NCBI GenBank assembly: GCA_017654855.1
Contig: CM030334.1
Span: 1,550,001-1,614,000, forward strand
Length of the DNA stretch: 64,000 bases
Source of the DNA: Podospora anserina
Lineage: Eukaryota
Reading direction: 5' to 3'
Part shown: positions 61,559 to 64,000 of the stretch, piece after piece
How positions within the stretch are numbered: position 1 is the stretch's first letter
Layout of the letters: each line of letters begins with the position of its first letter
The notes under the pieces: generated by a model
Told to the model about the DNA's origin: nothing
What the model saw: the letters and a program-made list of their open reading frames with translations, nothing else
Database searches by the model: none
Position numbers and translations under genes: made by a program

Positions 61559-63371
61559 GGAGTGTGAAGTTGGTTGGTGGAGTGGAATGGTACAAGACCT
61601 AGGTAGGTTTGTTATAGTCAAAGAATGGGATGTGAATGATAATGGTTCAGCAAAGCTATTGAATTGTGTTATGACTTCTTTGGAACAGAGCTGGATTTGT
61701 CTTTGGTGGCCCGATTGCGTGCTGAGTCTTGCCGCGGTTGCAACCCGGTCCCGGGTATTTCTGGAAGTTGTGGAGGACTGGAGAAGGCATTTCCCCCTGA
61801 GCGGACGCGGGATTCCCGTCCCAGGGGATACCACCAAGCATTTTGGTGGCTGTTCTCGGCAGATTCTTGGTGAGCTTGTTTTCTCGTCAGTTGGTTTATT
61901 TTTGTCTATTTTGCCTGGGCAGCATGTGCCGAAATCCGAACAGATTGATTGCTTTCTTTCAATACCTGTTGCTGATGAGATGCGGAGGTTCTCACTTCTT
62001 GAACAGGATAGCACTTATGTTGTTGTTATCTTGATGAACTTGTTCATATACGTTCAACATTTTTCCTGGTGTAAGATAATCTACCTTATGTCTGCTTTCA
62101 CAAAATCAGATGTTTTGGTTTATTTTCAGTGTTCACCTTGGAATTCAGAAGCCGATGCTGTGCAACTGCAGCTGAGAAAGAAGCGACAGGTCGATGACAC
62201 CTTCCTCATGAACACCAAGGCCCACTCCGGCACTGATGGTCCAGCAGACCGTCCCATGAGTAGGTCGTTCTTTCCCAAGTTCAATCATCGCATGTCTTAG
62301 TCGCCTCAACAGATCATGATAAGCATAGCCTGGAAGTCTAATCTGGCGGAATTTCCTGTTTAGATGCCATGAAAATGCGTCCGTCACCTCTCATCCCTTC
62401 AATCCGGTCCAGCATCATCTGGTGCTGGATATCGGCATCACAACAGCTACCCAAGTTTTGGTCATCTTGGATGTTGGACTGGCATATCTTACAGTCTTGT
62501 GCAAGAGTATATCCATCTCATCTTCTTTCATCTGCCCACCATCCCGTCTTCAAGCCGTTCACCTCGCTTCTTCACCAACCTGAGCTCACTCAGCTGGCCA
62601 TCTGAACTTCTGCAAAAACCTTGTGCTAGCCTAGGTAGCTGGTAGCAATTGCAACACATCACATTCCAGGGCTGATCAGATCTGGTGAGATATATCTCCG
62701 TCGAACGCGTGGGCACACCTGTGAGCCATTTCGTTTGGCCGGCTAAAGCTAACTCATTTGTAGATATTGGACTCTCCCGTCCTGCTCCCACCACCTTGCA
62801 GACGTACGTAACCACCATCTTCGCCGTTCTGGTCAAGACAAGCGACCTGGATGGGCCTGTGCCTGGCTCCCGTGGGCCTGGGTCCAGCAGTTGTTGGGCT
62901 TTTTGTCGATCTTGGTGAAGTGCCGTACTCTTCCCCGGTTGCACTGTTGTCCGGCAAGGAACTTTTCCAGTCATCATTGTAACCACGAAGGGGTGGTGGG
63001 CACCGGGACCGAGAAGCCGTGCGGTGACCCGGAGCAAGGCGTTTGCATGTTTTTCTGGTCTGTCTTGTCCTGAGATAAGACACGGGCAGGCCCGCTTTCC
63101 TTCTTATACGAAGGCTGGGCATCTGATGTCTCCCATCGTCGAGCGTTTGCCTGCACGTACCCGTTCGGTTGTGCAACTTTCCGTCGACCGCCTCTTTATT
63201 GCCCGCTGGTGGACACGGGTGGCTGTTGCTATTGCGTTTGGCTGTATCTGGCACCTCAACTCGAGCTGTCATTCTGGAAAACCTCCGACTACTGCTATAG
63301 CCTCCTCGAGATTATTGTTGGCGAAGGCACTGCGGTATACTTGAGCCTCATCTCCCCCTATACTCGCCAAC

Positions 63372-64000
63372 ATGGCGGCCGGTATCACAGAATCATGGCC
63401 GATCAACGAGGTAGGTGCCACGACTCAGATCTTTGCTGGACCTCCAACTTACATGTCAAACAGATCGTTTATACTGCCATCGTGGGCCTGATTATGGTGG
63501 CAGCTTTTCTCGAATGGTTTCTCTGGATCGCTGCCTTCATGTACTGTCTGTGGAAGGTCTTTGTAAAGGCAGAACACTGGACGGTAAGATTCCTGGCTGT
63601 ACTGATTGGCACCGCCTTTCTTCTTCTCAGGTAACACCTCTCCTGTCTTTTCCAGATATGCTTTTGCTGAATGTTCAAAGATTCATCTTCCTCCCCATCA
63701 TGGTGGTCACGCTACCGTTACCAAGCGCGGTTGTTAGAATCTGGCCTACGGCAATGGTCAGCTTTCTCCAATGGTTCGCCTTTTACAGTTTTGCTGGTCT
63801 CTTGACTCTCCCCTGGCTTTTCTGCGTCTACCAGATTGTCACACATCAACTTGGAAGAAAGAAGCGCATTAAACAAGTGCTTGACGAGGTGTCGGCTCCC
63901 AAGGTCGTTATTGTCATGCCTTGCTATAAGGAGGAACCCGACGTCCTCGTCACCGCCGTCAACTCGGTCGTCGACTGCGATTACCCACCGTCCTGCATCC
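63372..64000 (+). CDS. Chitin synthase, class VI (ChsD-like GT2); 5' part only, truncated by the window end
   Basis: MAAGITESWPINE|IVYTAIVG.., N-terminal TM helices, then APKVVIVMPCYKEEPDVLVTAVNSVVDCDYPPSCI. Introns 63411..63463 and 63631..63680. Confidence 0.78.

Noticed and set aside
61551..63344. Several 60-250 aa ORFs upstream of the chitin synthase; similar ones lie in 14300-16900 and 45600-48400
   Set aside because: No recognisable domains or coding-like bias. They are treated as promoter or UTR sequence, though small genes cannot be excluded without RNA data.

Overview
Gene-dense, intron-containing DNA from a filamentous ascomycete. The URA5 protein and intron signals point to Sordariales, most likely Podospora (inference). 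I reconstructed 24 protein-coding genes by hand from the ORF track plus GT..AG and branch-point signals. Most are core housekeeping genes: nitrate reductase, NOG1, URA5, a GNAT acetyltransferase, DDI1, RRP8, a Zn2Cys6 transcription factor, PUP2, two gamma-tubulin complex proteins, GYP8, an MMS1/DDB1-like propeller protein, eIF5B, EAF7, ASK1, a 90-aa orphan, ERG5, a rhodanese, a Yip1-domain protein, ubiquitin-RPL40, RRN7, eIF5A, VPS52 and the 5' end of a class VI-like chitin synthase. I saw no tRNA, rRNA, CRISPR array, intact transposon, secondary-metabolite cluster or NLR/HET locus, and I cannot claim a new multi-gene system. The best leads are non-coding. (1) Two related ~180-230 bp elements made of degenerate 21-bp repeats bracket RRN7 in inverted orientation. 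(2) A 708-nt intron in the transcription factor has nested complementary arms around four ATGTACA-N-TAGA motifs. (3) The long RPL40 and eIF5A introns contain stems. (4) There are a candidate 5-nt microexon or stwintron and a candidate spliced overlapping uORF in 5' leaders. (5) Many CDSs switch from C-rich to G-rich near their 3' end. All exon boundaries are manual predictions.
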